A DNA stretch of 64,000 bases from Lama glama (lineage: Eukaryota), in assembly GCA_028534125.1 (NCBI GenBank), contig CM052816.1, forward strand, positions 63,304,001 to 63,368,000. Direction: 5' to 3'. A model generated the notes under the pieces. That model was not told the origin of the DNA. It did not search any database and was given only the letters and a program-made list of their open reading frames with translations. Made by a program: the position numbers and the translations under genes. The first letter of the stretch is position 1; each line of letters opens with the position of its first letter. Below, one piece after another: positions 50,765 to 64,000 of the stretch.

Positions 50765-51285
50765 AGATGTGGCACACACACACACACACACACACAGAAT
50801 GAAATATTAATCACTCAGCCATAAAAAAAGAATGAAATCCTGCCATTTGTGACAACATGGATAGACCTAGAGAGTGTTACACTAAGTGAAATAAATCACA
50901 CAGAGAAAAACAAATACTGTATACTTTGACTTATATGTGGAATCTAAATTGCAAATCAAATAAACAAACAACAAAACAGAAACAGACTCATAGATACAGA
51001 GAACAAAGTGGTATTTGCCAAAGGGGAGGGAGTGGGGAGATGGGCGAAATAAAGGAAAGCAATTAAGATGTACAAACTTCCAATTATAAAATAAATAAGT
51101 TACAAGGATGTAATGTACAGAATAGGGAATATAAACAATAATATAATAACTTTGTATGTGACAGGCAGTAACTTGTGTTGATAACTAGACTTACCGTGGT
51201 GATTTCATAATGCATGAACATACTGACTATATTGTACACCTGAAACTAATATTGTAAGTCAATTATACTTAAGGAAAAAAAATAA
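50765..51285 (+). mobile_element. Older L1 3' end, continuing the piece at about 46605-46654; includes (CA)n
   Basis: ...aagcaacctaagtgtccactgatggatggataaaaaagatgtggca (to 46654) joins agatgtggcacaca...cagccataaaaaaagaatgaaatcctgccatttgtgacaacatgg. Confidence 0.85.
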
Positions 51286-51644
51286 TCGCAAAGAAGATAG
51301 TATGAAAAAACCCTGTGAAAATGACAGTGCTCATTATAGAAACAATGCATAAGTGTATACAAAATGTAAAGTTCGTGAGAAAATCACTATGTGTGTGTCA
51401 GTTTTTTTACAACCCAAAGTACAAAATATTTACTATAAACAAATACAAATTTTAAATTAAGTACAAGTTAGACCCACAGCAAGACAACCCAAGAAAATTT
51501 GCTGTACAAGACATTATTTATATACATACTATATGTATTTTATTAAAATACACACTTTGTAAAATATATAAATACAGCATTTTTTTAAATGATGTGTTTC
51601 CACGCTGCTATATGCAAGTAGTTCATAAACTGATTTACATACTA

Positions 51645-51820
51645 CAGTGGGCCCTCCATATCTGCAGGTTCTGCATCCTCAGATTCATCCGACTGCGGAT
51701 GTGGAGGGCCAACTGCACTGTGTCATTCTATATAAGGAACTTGAGCATCCTTGGACTGTGGATTATTATTCACAGGGGTTCCTGGAATCAATCCCGTGCA
51801 GATACGGAGGGCTGGCTGCA
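51645..51820. mobile_element. Tigger3/MER2-like MITE
   Basis: TIR-like tacagtgggccctccatatctgcagg / cgtgcagatacggagggctggctgca; internal tatataaggaacttgagcatcc. Confidence 0.75.
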
Positions 51821-54149
51821 CTTACCAAAAGCAGATGTACTACAAAAAGTGAAACAGAACTGTATTTATTTCTCATTGGCTTCTTCACAATTATAGAGAT
51901 ATGAGTATGTCTCTAAATCTTAGGAAACCCGCCTTGTAATCTCTAGCTACCAATTTGTTTAATGTCCTTTCTCTTAAAATTCCTCAACAGTGGCCCGTAA
52001 CTTCTACCAGTATTTCCTAGTCATCTGTTAGTTTCTTATTCACTGATTTAACTAGAGACAATTATGCCACATCTGCACATACAAATTAACCACATTCTAT
52101 CTTTCAGTTATTATTTTCCAATTTTCCTTAGTACAGATTCTTGATTCCAATCATATTTACTCCCCTAAACATGCTTTCCTCTGTCATTGCACCTTAGCTT
52201 ATTCTATTTCTACAGAGAAGCATGCCCTAACACCGCAAACTCTCCCCAGGACATCCATACCAAGATCAACCCTTTCCAGACACAGGTCAAATGTCAAGTA
52301 CAAAGCTTCTGCTGCCACAAGGTACCTAGTCTTTACTCTCCATGCCCTACTGGTATGTGATGTTAACTTCCACCTTGTACTTTTGAAATACTGTGGTATC
52401 AACTACCATCTCTTCAAGATTACTACTCTTTTGTATACTCCCAAAATTAGAACTATAAATTTCCCAAGGGCAATGTCTATGCCTCATAGTTCTCTGTATT
52501 CACACAATACGTACTTAATAGTTTTTTATACACAGCAGGCTTTCAATATTTATTTTTAATTCAGTAACATGTAATTCAAACCAAATTCACCAAACACATA
52601 CTTTTTTAAAATGCTGACATAACTGTAATTACACTAACATGAATGCCTCTGCTATTTCCCAAACTTATACAACCACTGCAATGATCCGCATAAAATTCAG
52701 TATTGACAACTCCCAAGACCTAGTCAACTAAATATATATTTTTTAAATTCCATAAGCAGTACGTATCTTATTTCTATGATTCTCCTAAGAGCCTATATCA
52801 TTGTACCACTTTATAGCCACAGGGAAATTTAGGCAAGTTATTTCAAATTAAAACAAACAAACTAAACTGATTACAATCATCATAAAGGTAAAAAGAAAGA
52901 TACTTATTAAGGAAAAAAATTGCCCAGAGACATTAGTGATTACTGTAATTTCTTGCTCTCCAATTTTTATCAAGATAGTTCTTATTTGACAATCCAAAGC
53001 AACTGCAAAATAACTACATTTACATTAAAATCACTCTGGTAAATAGAGAGTATTTCCAAAGAAAGTATATCCAAAGAAAGGTCAGGAGATCTAAAAGTAG
53101 CCATTCCCTTGAAAACAATGACGAAAATCTATGGGTCTTTTCTTAGTATCAACCAGGTGAAATTTCCTTTTGTTTCTGCCTCCAAGCCTCTTTGCTTTTT
53201 TCTTCCTCTCTATCCATGAAAACAGGGCAAAGGAAGACTGAGGTATTTGGACCTAAAACGTTTGAGACCTAGAATTTGCAAAGTTGGCTTTTTACAGTGT
53301 GGTATGATAGAATTCCTCCTGGCTTTTCTAAATATCAATATGCAACATTCCTTGTAAATAATACTCTTAAATGAAAACTTTAAACAAAACCATCACCAGA
53401 GAAAAATTACTCAGTCTGTGTCTATGCACAAATTTGACTCTAACTGACAAATTCTGCTGGAATAACAGAGACTGGCAACACATCAGAAATTCAATTCCCA
53501 CAGAACAACAGATTAGATTACTTACTACCTTTATAATTCCTAAATCCCATGAAAGTAATTCTATTTGTCAGTATACACGCAGAGTATTTCAGTGCCTCTA
53601 TGAAAACAACACTACTATACAGCAGAGCCAGTCCAGTGATGAAAAAATAACACTCGGTACTAATTTAAGAATAAGCTTCCTTTGGTAGAATACATCAATT
53701 TTTTCAAATATGAAACGAATTTTTTTCATACACTATGAAATGTGATCTAGCAATTATCAGCTGTAGCAGCTACTGCAACAGTAATTAAGTAATATCTATT
53801 GAGTTCTTAACATCAATTATATAAAAGCAACTAACATTACACAAAAGAAACTAATAGCCAATGAGTTCTGAATTACCTCACTTAACCTTTACAATAATCC
53901 TACAAGAGCTACTACTATTAACCTCATACAAACAGATGCAAAAAAGTTAAATAACTTGCCCAGAATCACAGTTAAAAGGTGGTAAAACCTGGGTAGTAAG
54001 ATTCTTAAAACACTAAGGTATATATTTACTGATGATTTTAAGGGACTCCCAAATCAGCATATAGAAATCAATCAACTAATAAGTCTTTGTGTCAAGTTAG
54101 CTTCCCGAAGGTGAGTAATGCTATAGCAAACCATTTAAAAGAGCTTTCT

Positions 54150-54630
54150 ATCACAATGAGATACCACTTCATATCCATTAGCATAGCTATAATCAAAAAG
54201 AGATAATAACAAAAGTTGACAAGAATGTGGAGAAACTGGAACCCTCTGCTGGTGGGAATGTAAAATGGTATAGCTAATTTAAAAACCAGTCTGCCAATTC
54301 CTTAAAAGGCTAAACACAGAGTCATCATATAACCCAGCAAAACCCAAGGGAAATGAAAATAAATATACACAGAAAAACTTGTATGCAGAGAACAGCACTA
54401 TTCATAATTGTCAAAAAGTAGAAAGAGCTCAAATGCCCAACATCTGATGAACTGATAAACAAAATATGGTATATCCATATAAAACATATTATTCAGCAAT
54501 TTAAAAAAATTAAAAAACTGATAACTGCTAAAATATGTAAACCTTGAAAGCACGCTAATTTAAAGAAGTCAGTCACAGAAGATCATATACTGTCTGATTG
54601 CATTGGTAGGAAATGTCCAGAATAGGGAAA
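54150..54630 (+). mobile_element. Old L1 ORF2-end/3' UTR fragment
   Basis: cacaatgagataccacttcatatccattagcatagctataatcaaaaag, gctggtgggaatgtaaaatggta, gaaatgtccagaataggga. Confidence 0.85.
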
Positions 54631-55134
54631 TATTTTCCTTATAGAAGCCATCTATTTCCACTACTTACATATCAAAAATATTTTTAAACCACACACATAA
54701 AATTAAATACTGAAGCAAACAGTATTGTCACAAAAAGTTTAAAATAAAGAAGCTTTAGATACAACTAGATATATTTCCACACTTCTTAATCGGTGTAATT
54801 TCAAGTTTTCCCTCAAATAACCTCAGTACTGTATGTTAAAGAAAACTCTAACATGCTCTACTAACCTTAATATCTTTTACCATTCATTAATTTATTAGCA
54901 TTTATTCAGCAAATGTTTATAGAGTGCTGGCTACTGCCAAAAACCAGGTTCTTTAACATTAACATTTTAAAGGCCTAAATAATTCTCAAGTCACTATTTT
55001 TCCACTAAGAGAAAGGGACAGAGCAGTAAGCTAAATGTTGGTAACTTGAATCTGGTTTCCAAAAATAAGATGCCACTCAGTTTCACAGTGAGGAACTACA
55101 CAGGTCTTGTGCACATCAACCTGGGAAGTAGCAA

Positions 55135-55970
55135 CACCTGACAGTTAAGAGCGCAAGCCCTGCCATCTATCTGCCCAAAGTCAAAATTTGCTCTATGACA
55201 TGCCACATGCCAGACCCTAGACGAGTTATTTAATTTTATTTCCTTGCTTTATAAAAAGAGGAAAATCATGAGTATAATTCAGGACTGTTTAAAAATTAAA
55301 TGAGATATAAATGTAAAGCACTTAGCAAAATATAAGACATACGGTAATGTAAACAAATAAGGTAGGGAGTCCCTGAAGAAAGAGCACCAGGCATGGCTTT
55401 CTTGACATAAGAGAAGCTATTTTTGGCCTAAGTCATTTTGTGGTCTAAGCTTGGCCTTGACAGGTCTCAGTAATAAAGATCTTAAGGGAATAAAAGAGCA
55501 AACTGTTACCAAGCAATAGAAGTAGCAATAGCAAAGATAAAAAATCAGTAGTAAAAACCCCCAGTTCTATTTCACTAGTAAAGACTAGCCTGAAGCACTT
55601 TCTTGAGATGTTTTATAGAATTCAACCACCACCACCCGCCCCAGCCCTAGGCATTCAACCCCAGATCAACAGGAACCTGAGGGATGATGACGTAGATCTC
55701 CTTTGAACCTTCAGTCAACTAAAGCTTGGACTCGTCAACTGCCCAAGCCTCTTCATGAATATGTATGTACCCTTAGCTTGAAACTTCCCCAAAACTTCCC
55801 CGCTGCTTTGGGAAAGATCCCCAGTGTTCTCCTTACTTGCTACAGGTAATAATTCCTACCTTCTTCCAATCTTTGGCGTGCTTGTGTTTTTTGGCTCAAC
55901 ATCCACTGAAAGGTGAACCCAAGTTTTTGAGTAACAGTAAGCACTCAAAAATTATTACCTATTGTTATCG
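55135..55970 (+). mobile_element. MIR interrupted by the solo LTR below
   Basis: gttaagagcgcaagccctg...attaaatgagatataaatgtaaagcacttagc...ggtaa | gcactcaaaaattattacctattgtt. Confidence 0.7.
55348..55936 (+). mobile_element. Solo LTR, ERV1-like (589 bp)
   Basis: TG...CA termini with the 4-bp TSD gtaa (55344-55347, 55937-55940), splitting a MIR cleanly. Confidence 0.85.
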
Positions 55971-56831
55971 TTTTAGGACAAAACAATTTCCTGTGTTCTT
56001 AATCCACCAAATCACCATACTAGAAATAGCACATAAATTTAAAAAAAGAAATTCTAAAGCTACCTGGACTTACTTCACTAATTTATCACTAGGTTGTATG
56101 TACTCTAAAAATTCTCTAAGACAAAATGATCTAATATATTATCATTATTCTTTTCACAAGCAATCAAGCCTTAAGGCCTGCTTTCATGCCTTTAAAATTA
56201 AAAGTACCAAGAAACAAAAACAAAAACAAAAAATCCAAAAGTACATAATGTCAAACTCCATAAAAACAGGGATAAAAGAAAAAAAAAATCTTTAAATGTC
56301 CAAATGAAAGCATTTTGCATTTGCTTTACAGAAATAAAAATTTTAACAGAGGCTGTAAAGTATACTTAATGACTTCATCTACATAAAGAAAAAAAAACAA
56401 CTGGTAAGCTTCTTTAAAGATAATCCAAAATAAATAATAAATAATAACAAATTTGTATAGCATACTTTTGAATTACCAGAAGGATAATATATTTTATGAA
56501 GTTCTACTGACATTGAAATATTATATATTTAATATATTTATATAAAAGAGGACCTAAAATAAGTCTAATAAAATCTTAATATTTTAAAAAATGGGAATTC
56601 AGACAAGAATGAAATAAATTGGTAAAATGAATACAACCAGGTTAAACAGTACTCATTGCTCTCATTTACATCTTTTTAGATCTAGACCAACACTTGCCAC
56701 ATCATTATTAACAAAATTAGCATACATATGCATAAAACACTGCCCAGCAACATACAGCAATGCCAAAGGTCACAACAGTGCTAATATTTTGATGCTTTAA
56801 TGAAACAAATTTTACGAAAACATTTCCTCAC

Positions 56832-56953
56832 CTATTATCAGATGGCAGAAGAGAAAGCAAAGCCAAAGCTGAAAGTTTTCTTCTTTCAGGCTGGGTAATA
56901 TTGTCCATGCGATCAACCCACATTTCAATCATATTTCCCAAAAGCTGGTCCAT
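56832..56953 (-). CDS. IPO11: Importin-11 internal coding exon (MDQLLGNMIEMWVDRMDNITQPERRKLSALALLSLLPSDN)
   Basis: Acceptor tcttttttcag| (56954-56955) and donor AG|gtgagg (56830-56831); 122 nt, phase 0-2; upstream exons lie beyond the window. Confidence 0.96.
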
Positions 56954-57139
56954 CTGAAAAAAGACCAAGAGGCATCTCAGAATATTTGAAATGCTATTTA
57001 CTTGTGGATAAGTACTGTTAAAGGCTAAAACCTTATAAGGAATGGTTAAAGTTCAATTCTAGCAAACTACAGAATTGGCACACAAGAATCTGGGGCAAGC
57101 CTTGAGCTGGAAAAAAAATTTTTGTTGATCAAAACCAGA

Positions 57140-57591
57140 AAATGACTAATTAATTTGAGAGCCAATTAATTCTGGGAGCCAAACAGATTTGTTCAACTTA
57201 CCTAGGCTAGTCTAGAAGTTGTATTTTGTAGATGTGATTAACATTTACAATTAGATGACTTTAAAAAGATTACCATAGAGAATGTGGGTTGCGCTTCATT
57301 CAGGGGTAAGCCTTAAGAGCAAAAACTAAGATTTCCCAGAAAAGAAATCCTCCCTCAGGACTGTAATACAGAAATACTGAATTTTCATTTTCAGCCTGTC
57401 CTACGATTGTTAGTCCCTATAATCATGTTAGCCAATTCTTTAAATCTACCCCCTCTTCTCGTATTTGTGTGTATGTGTGTGCACGTGTATGGATGTGTGT
57501 ATGTTCCCTCAATATCCCTCCCTACCCGCACCCACGCCCACATACTCACACAGAACTGCTTCTATTTTTCTAAAGAACCCTGATTGATACA
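57140..57591 (+). mobile_element. MLT2-type ERVL LTR
   Basis: gtattttgtagatgtgattaacatttacaat, ccttaagagcaaaaactaagatttccc, and the end ...tttctaaagaaccctgattgataca. Confidence 0.75.
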
Positions 57592-60500
57592 GTTAGAATC
57601 TACAAAGTAAAACATAAGCAAGTATACTCATCATGTAGATTGAAAGTGGGTCTGAAGGTCTGCTTGTAAACACTTCTACACTTTTTAAAAGCACCTTTTT
57701 AAAAATTCATTTATTATCAAAATCTGAACTTCATGGATTTTGATAACAAAAGATCAACCTTGAGTTCCCACACTTTTCTACTTTTGCACTTCTCCATTTT
57801 TTCCAAGAAATGATTCAATACATTTTTTTCAATACATTTTTAAAAATAATAAACTGTCAAGGAAACATTTAGCTCAAGACAATTATTTATACTTGAGTTC
57901 CCCAAATTGAGTGTTGCAAATTAAGATGCCACCACGGTGAACTCACCGAATATTTTAAATGAAGAGAAACACAAATTTTTGTCAGACACTGCAAGAACTA
58001 CTAGCTCAAGACACTTCCCAGTTTTAACATTACACTCCTTTCCATGACTTCATTTCCTTGAACATACTACCAAAAAAATCAGAGTACAACAGAAAAACAA
58101 AAAACAATGTAATTCTAAGGTTTAAGAATCTGGGTAGTGCCCAATACACATTCCAACAATAATCGGTAATTATGGTTATTTAAGAATGAAATAAAGATAT
58201 TATTCTTTCTTTAGATTTTTGTGTATAATTTTCCAATAGATACTATATTATTAGGACATGAGTATAAATTAAATTACTTAATAAAAGAAACAGTTAAATA
58301 TTTGTATTTCTTTCAGCCTAGGAGCACTGTGAAAAATACCACTAACACACTAAGGGCACCATGAAGCAATACAGTCTAGTTAACTTCTGATTTATACCAC
58401 AATGTCTTCAATTTGTACTTAATTTGGAAATAAATGGTACAGATGCTTTATAGATTTACTGCAATAAATATCTAGTAAGCAATATTTAAAAAACCAATCA
58501 TAAGCATTATAAAAGCAAATATCAAATTAAAATGCAATATATACAACTAAAGCTATAGTAATATGTGTGACTGAAATAAAGATATAATCAGCAAAGACAG
58601 TATCTCTATGACCTAATTTTATTTATTTATAACACATTTATTTCCTCTATTATAAAAATATTCTACCACAGCACCTAAAAAAAAATAGAAACAGGACAAT
58701 TATAACAAATGTTGATGATCATTTATAGAAAATCATGAAGCAACAAAAGAATTCTGCAGTACTTTCAGAGAACTAATTTCTAAAATCAAAATATTTCTTA
58801 AGTGGCATAAGAAAAAAAATGATGAGATTTCTTTACTTTGATAATATTTGCCAAAATCTACCCTGGCAGATCATGCTGAAGATACCACAATTAAATAAAC
58901 AGCTACTGCAGAAAGAATTTTATTTCTCACTGGTTTTATCACTTTGTATAACTTTAAAGAATGAGTTATAAATATGGTTTCTGTAAGAATTAAGTAATTT
59001 TATATCATTATATTCCCTGTAGGACAGAATAAAATGTTTATACAAATGGTGATCTTTTTTTATTTCTCTCTCCAAATGTTATCTTCTTAGTCTAACCTTC
59101 ATACCAGCTGCTGTTCAAGTAATAAAATGTCATTTTTACATAAGATTCCATGAAACATCATTCATCATGTAGAAAAAAGAAAAGACCTTCAATGTCTCTA
59201 GTATTTGAAAACTGTTGTGCTGCTTCAAGTCAAACATTTAGGACTGATTAAGGGGAAAATCTTATAATTTAAGTGGCAGGTAAATCATCTTCTGAAGATG
59301 AAGAATTTGTAGGATTTGGAGTAAGTTATCAAAATGTTTAACTCCCCCCTCAAGAAAATTTATAAAGTCTAAATTAAAGGATATTGCCAGGAAAGATAAG
59401 ATGACAATGTTTCTAGAGAACAAGGAAATACATATGGAATAGCTGAGTTCAGTCTTAGTTTTGTAGAAAGATAAACAGATAATATTACTCAAATTACTCA
59501 GCTGCAAACACCTTATTGCATCTTTATTATAAAATCATTTACCCTAGAAGCATACTGACATTGTGAAAACAATTTTAGTATCTGCTGGCTTCCTCTGAAA
59601 TTCCACTAAAAGCAGAGTAAAGAAATAGAAAAAGCAAAGAAATAACCCCTCAGTGTCTATAAAGAAGAGAAACTACAATGGGTAAAGGTGGCAACAAGTT
59701 TTTGAAAGATGGCAGGTGGATAGAGTGGGAAGTGACTTGGCAGAACAGAAAAGCCTGAAACCAAACTGACTGCCAGGGGATTAACAGTCTAACAGATCTG
59801 GTTCTCAGAACCCTACAATCATCAGGCCACGAAGAAGACAGAAGAGAGATACAGAACTCAGAACAGGAAAACTAGCTGAGAATCTGTGTAAGGAACGATT
59901 AGAACTTTCTAGATTCCCTTCCCTACTCCAAAAGAAGTCCACAGATACAGTATCTTCAAAAATGAAATCAGAGAAGCTCCAACTCAAGGCATCAAAAATA
60001 GGGGGAAGGCAAGGTGAGATATAAATTAAAATCAGATGATTTAGATGAAAATACGGGTGCTGAATGGTGAAACATCCTCATCCCCAAAACACATTTCCCC
60101 ATCCTGAGTTCCTTAACACTTGTTTATCCCTCACAGGAAAAGAGAAGACCCCAGAGAAAAGGGGTCTACAAGTACTGTCATTTTTCCAGTAAATTTCCTT
60201 ACAGCAAAAGCATCATTCTGCAATACCCCAAGGCTCTAAATTTTAAATCAGGTTATCAGTCTAAAAAGTTTTCTTTATTCAATATAAACAAATGACGGAA
60301 AGATTGACTAGGTAATGCTTAGAGGTAGAACTGTTCTAATGGTGACTCGGTCTGCAATGAACCAACTCCTTTCCTAAAGATATAAAATCACTCAATTAAC
60401 TTGGTTTCCTGTACTACCTGACAACTGTTTTCAAATGTTTAGAAGAAACCTTTCACCAAAATGTTTCTCCTCACCTGCTTCAAAGCTATCTGGATTTACA

Positions 60501-61324
60501 GGAACCCATCTTCCTCGTCCCATCTGATTCTGATGTTCTTTAAAACCTGCTTATAGTCAAAAGTAGCCATTTGAACTCAATAGTATTTCATTCTCTTTCA
60601 TTCCCCTAGTCTCTACACTCAAACATGATGGCTCGATATTCTTCGGTCATATTCTTTGTGTAAAACATTTCTTCATATTGAAAAGTGAAAAAAGAAAAGA
60701 AGTGTTCCATGAAAAGCCAGTCCTCTAAATACAGTGTTAGAAATAAGTCTGAATCAATGATAACATCTCTTTTCAATCCTTCATACTGCCAATGGATTGG
60801 AGCAGTACTAGCACCAGCCACAGGTCATTTTTCCTGTATATTATTATATTTAGCCCAATGGAGGTGGCCTATTCTCATGTATTTTTAAAAATGGAAATAG
60901 AAGACATTTGAGATAATTAAGAAAACACAGGACATTTCAGAAACCTTTCCACATGACTTTTAAATGCACAGCACCTAAAGAACTATCCATTCCTGGGTCC
61001 TGGGTAATTAAAGCATATTTTGGGGATAAAGATGGTGTTAAGTATAGGAGAGTGCAGGGGCAAATTTCCTTTTAAGGTCTAAGAACAAGTAAAGTTGTAT
61101 TTTCAAATCTTCTCCACTTCATGCAAATATATACTATGCTAGGTCACTGATTTTCAGACTCAATTTGTGCAGCTACTAACAATTATTTGAGGTAAGATAA
61201 TTAAAATATTCAAAAATCAAAAGAAATTAACATAATCTTTATTCTTCTAGAAATTAGAATTTAAACACTACCTATCAAAATATATAGCACAAATCATTAA
61301 CAAATCATTTAAATAATTTCTGCC

Positions 61325-61442
61325 TTTCTACCACGTGGGGTCACAGTGAGAAGTCAGCAGTCTGTAGTCCAAGAAACAGCCATCACCAGAAGAATCCAAC
61401 CATGCTAGCAGCCTGATCATGGACTTCTGAGCCATCAGAATT
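61325..61442 (+). mobile_element. MLT1 (MaLR) LTR fragment
   Basis: ccacgtggggtcacagtgagaag...catcaccagaagaatccaaccatgctagcagcctgatcatggacttc. Confidence 0.65.
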
Positions 61443-62319
61443 TACATCATCAGCTGAAGTAGGTACCCCTACAGATACATGAAACCATCTCCTAGCTTTG
61501 TGAACTTGTAGTTCATAGTCAAATAGAGGAGAAGATAGGCAAATAAGTAATTCTGTAATTCTGTAATTCAGTCTGAAAAATCACTCAGTTGAGTTGTAGA
61601 AGAGGGACTGGAAGAAGCCCAATATTAGAGTCATGTTAATATTATAATCACGAGACAAGGACTTGGGCTATGGCAAGCTGAAAAGAAGACTGATTTAATG
61701 TGCTGGCTTACAAGAATAGAGGGGATGAAGGAATAAGTTAAATGACACCAGGATAGGGCTCAAAGTTCTTTGGTATAACTGGCCCAGGCTCTTCAATAAG
61801 TTAAGGTCACAGGAAAAAAAGATGGGGGTGGGTGGGTGTTCTATAATTAAAGACAAGAAAACTTCTGAATAAACGAGAGAAAAATATAGAGTAAGTATAA
61901 TGAACACTCATAAGAAGAAAATGTCACAGGATGTGAGTGCTCAAAGACAGAAGACCCTGAAATGAAGATACTGGGATTGGATTGTTAGGAAAAGGTCAGA
62001 CGTGGTCTCCCTAAAAGGACTGACCTTGGCTGGAGAAAAGCAGAGGCTGGTGATTAATTCTTAGAAAACGCATATGGTTTACCAAGGAGTGAAAAAGAGA
62101 AAAAGAGACAAAGAAGGAAATCAAAGGGAAATTAACTTGCAATGTCCTGGAACCTAAAGAAGGGAGGAATTTCATGGAATACATGAATGAGTGTGTCAGC
62201 TAAAACCAAAGGAAGAAATGAATGTGTCCTCCAGTGAGGTTTATGTTACACACATATATAACACATGTACACATATATAAATACATATGTATGCACATAT
62301 ATGTTTGCATGTTATAGGT

Positions 62320-63110
62320 CAACCTAGCATGATTTATCTAAAAGACTTATCTTCTTCCCATTGAATTTCCTTGGACATTTGTCAAAAATAAATCAATCAT
62401 TAACGTGTGCACCTGTTTTTCAACTCTATTCTGTCTCATTGATCTAAATGTTTATTTTCATGCTATCAGTTTCTTGGTTAGTATAGTATTATAATATGTC
62501 TTGAAATCAGATAGTATTATACCTGTTTCAACTTTGTTCTTGTTTAAAGTAGGTTTGGCTATTCAAGGTCCATTACATTTCTACATAAGTTTTAAAACTG
62601 GCCTGCCAATTTCCACCAAAAAAAAAAAACAAAACCCAAAAACAAACAAACAAAAAAACCCACAGGGAGAATTTTTCTTAGCAATATTGAGTCATCTAAT
62701 CCATGAACATGGATATATGTTTACTGAGGTGTTTTCAGAGTGCTCAGCAATGTTTTGTAGTTTTTATTTTACATGTCTTACCCATATTTTGTTGTTTACC
62801 CATCCTTAATATTTCTAGGTTTTAATGTTATTGAAAATGACATTTTGAGAATTTCAGTTTCCAGCTGTTTACTGGTAGTGAAGAGAAATGAAATTGATTT
62901 CTATATGCTGACCAAGTATCTTGTGACCTTGGTAAATTTACCAATAGCTTTATTGGAGAATGTAATATACAATCATGTTGTTTGCAAGGTACAGGTTTAC
63001 TTACTCCTTTACAATCTGTATACTTTTATGTCCTTTTTTGTTTTTGTCTTATTGTACTGCTTAGGATTCCCAGTATTAATGAAGAGTGGAAGTGCTGACA
63101 TATCAAATCT
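62320..63110 (-). mobile_element. Old L1 ORF2 fragment
   Basis: ttccccattgaatttccttggacatttgtcaaaaat, gcaatattgagtcatctaatccatgaacatgg, gaaatgaaattgatttctatatgctgacc. Confidence 0.8.
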
Positions 63111-64000
63111 GTTAGAATTCTGCTTATTCTATTACAAATTATTTCAGGTATTTAAATTGAAAGATTTGTGAGTGAAAAAACTATGAAAGTGAAAGATGTC
63201 ATGAAAATTAAGAGATGTGAAATATTATTCAACCAAAACAAAATATTAGTTACAAGAAAAATTGTGTAATCATGTGGACCGCTCCCTTTTCATTGATGAC
63301 AGATGAAAAATATATTGAGTCTTTAGGTTCATTCCTTTATTGTATCCTGAACTTGGCCAATGATGGTTGTAAAAGCTCAGTTCATTCAAAATGAAATAAA
63401 ATTAAACCAACTAATTAAATATTACTTTTGCATGAATTTTATAGACGTTAGAAATATTGAATCTGTAAATATTCAATATTTAAAAGTATTCAGAAGGGCT
63501 AGAAAAGCTTTGAATGTAATTGCAGTTAGTTTAACAGAAGATGAGAGATGATTCATGACTATGAACATTAAGAGAAATTACTGCTTTTTCAGACTACAGG
63601 TTGCCTAGAGACTAAATACTTAGGAAATTGTTGAAAATATTTGATGTTATTTTTCAAATGTAAAATCTTGACTCAAACTGGAATATTATTCAGCTAATGT
63701 CAACAGCATCAAATAAAAAAAGTGTATTCACAATTTTTAATACCAGCAAATGATTCAGAAATTACTATTTTGTGTGTGTATATATGTAAAACAAATTGAT
63801 TTTTTTTCTCCTGTGTTTTCTTCTGGCAGCTTTTACAGTTTTAGCTGGTGATGTGCCCAAAATTATTTTGGAAATGTTGACATATCTTTAGAATTTTACT
63901 ATATCAAAGAGCAATCTTCAGATCTTAGTTTTCATATAGTGCAAGAAAACTATCCACATTTGCTTAATTACATTAGTATATTTGAGGGAGAAATAAAAAG

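Noticed and set aside
55837..56295. 152-aa plus-strand ORF
   Set aside because: Non-ATG start inside an LTR, running into low-complexity A-rich intron; no domain features
57600..64000. Search for a further upstream IPO11 exon
   Set aside because: I found no importin-like reading frame with splice sites; the next exon probably lies beyond the window

Overview
Mammalian genomic DNA, AT-rich and repeat-dense. The tRNA-derived SINEs and L1 3' ends look cetartiodactyl, probably camelid (inference). The minus strand carries the last four coding exons and 3' UTR of IPO11 (importin-11). All four join in frame at GT-AG sites. LRRC70 (LRR type-I membrane protein, one coding exon) is nested on the same strand inside the 31-kb intron, with a predicted 5' exon and an ETS/RFX-motif promoter. 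The same intron holds a retroposition cluster at about 42.5-51.3 kb: a SINE split by an unidentified mRNA-like retrocopy, a 5'-inverted L1, an SLC25A51 pseudogene interrupted by a SINE, and a rearranged L1 with an apparent ~730-bp 3' transduction. I see no prokaryotic-type or wholly new gene system. The best leads are the uORF and stop-start geometry at the LRRC70 splice acceptor, the transduced and retrocopied segments, and the abrupt GC3 jump in the IPO11 last exon. Repeat family names come from recalled consensus sequences, and their boundaries are approximate unless TSDs or TIRs are cited.
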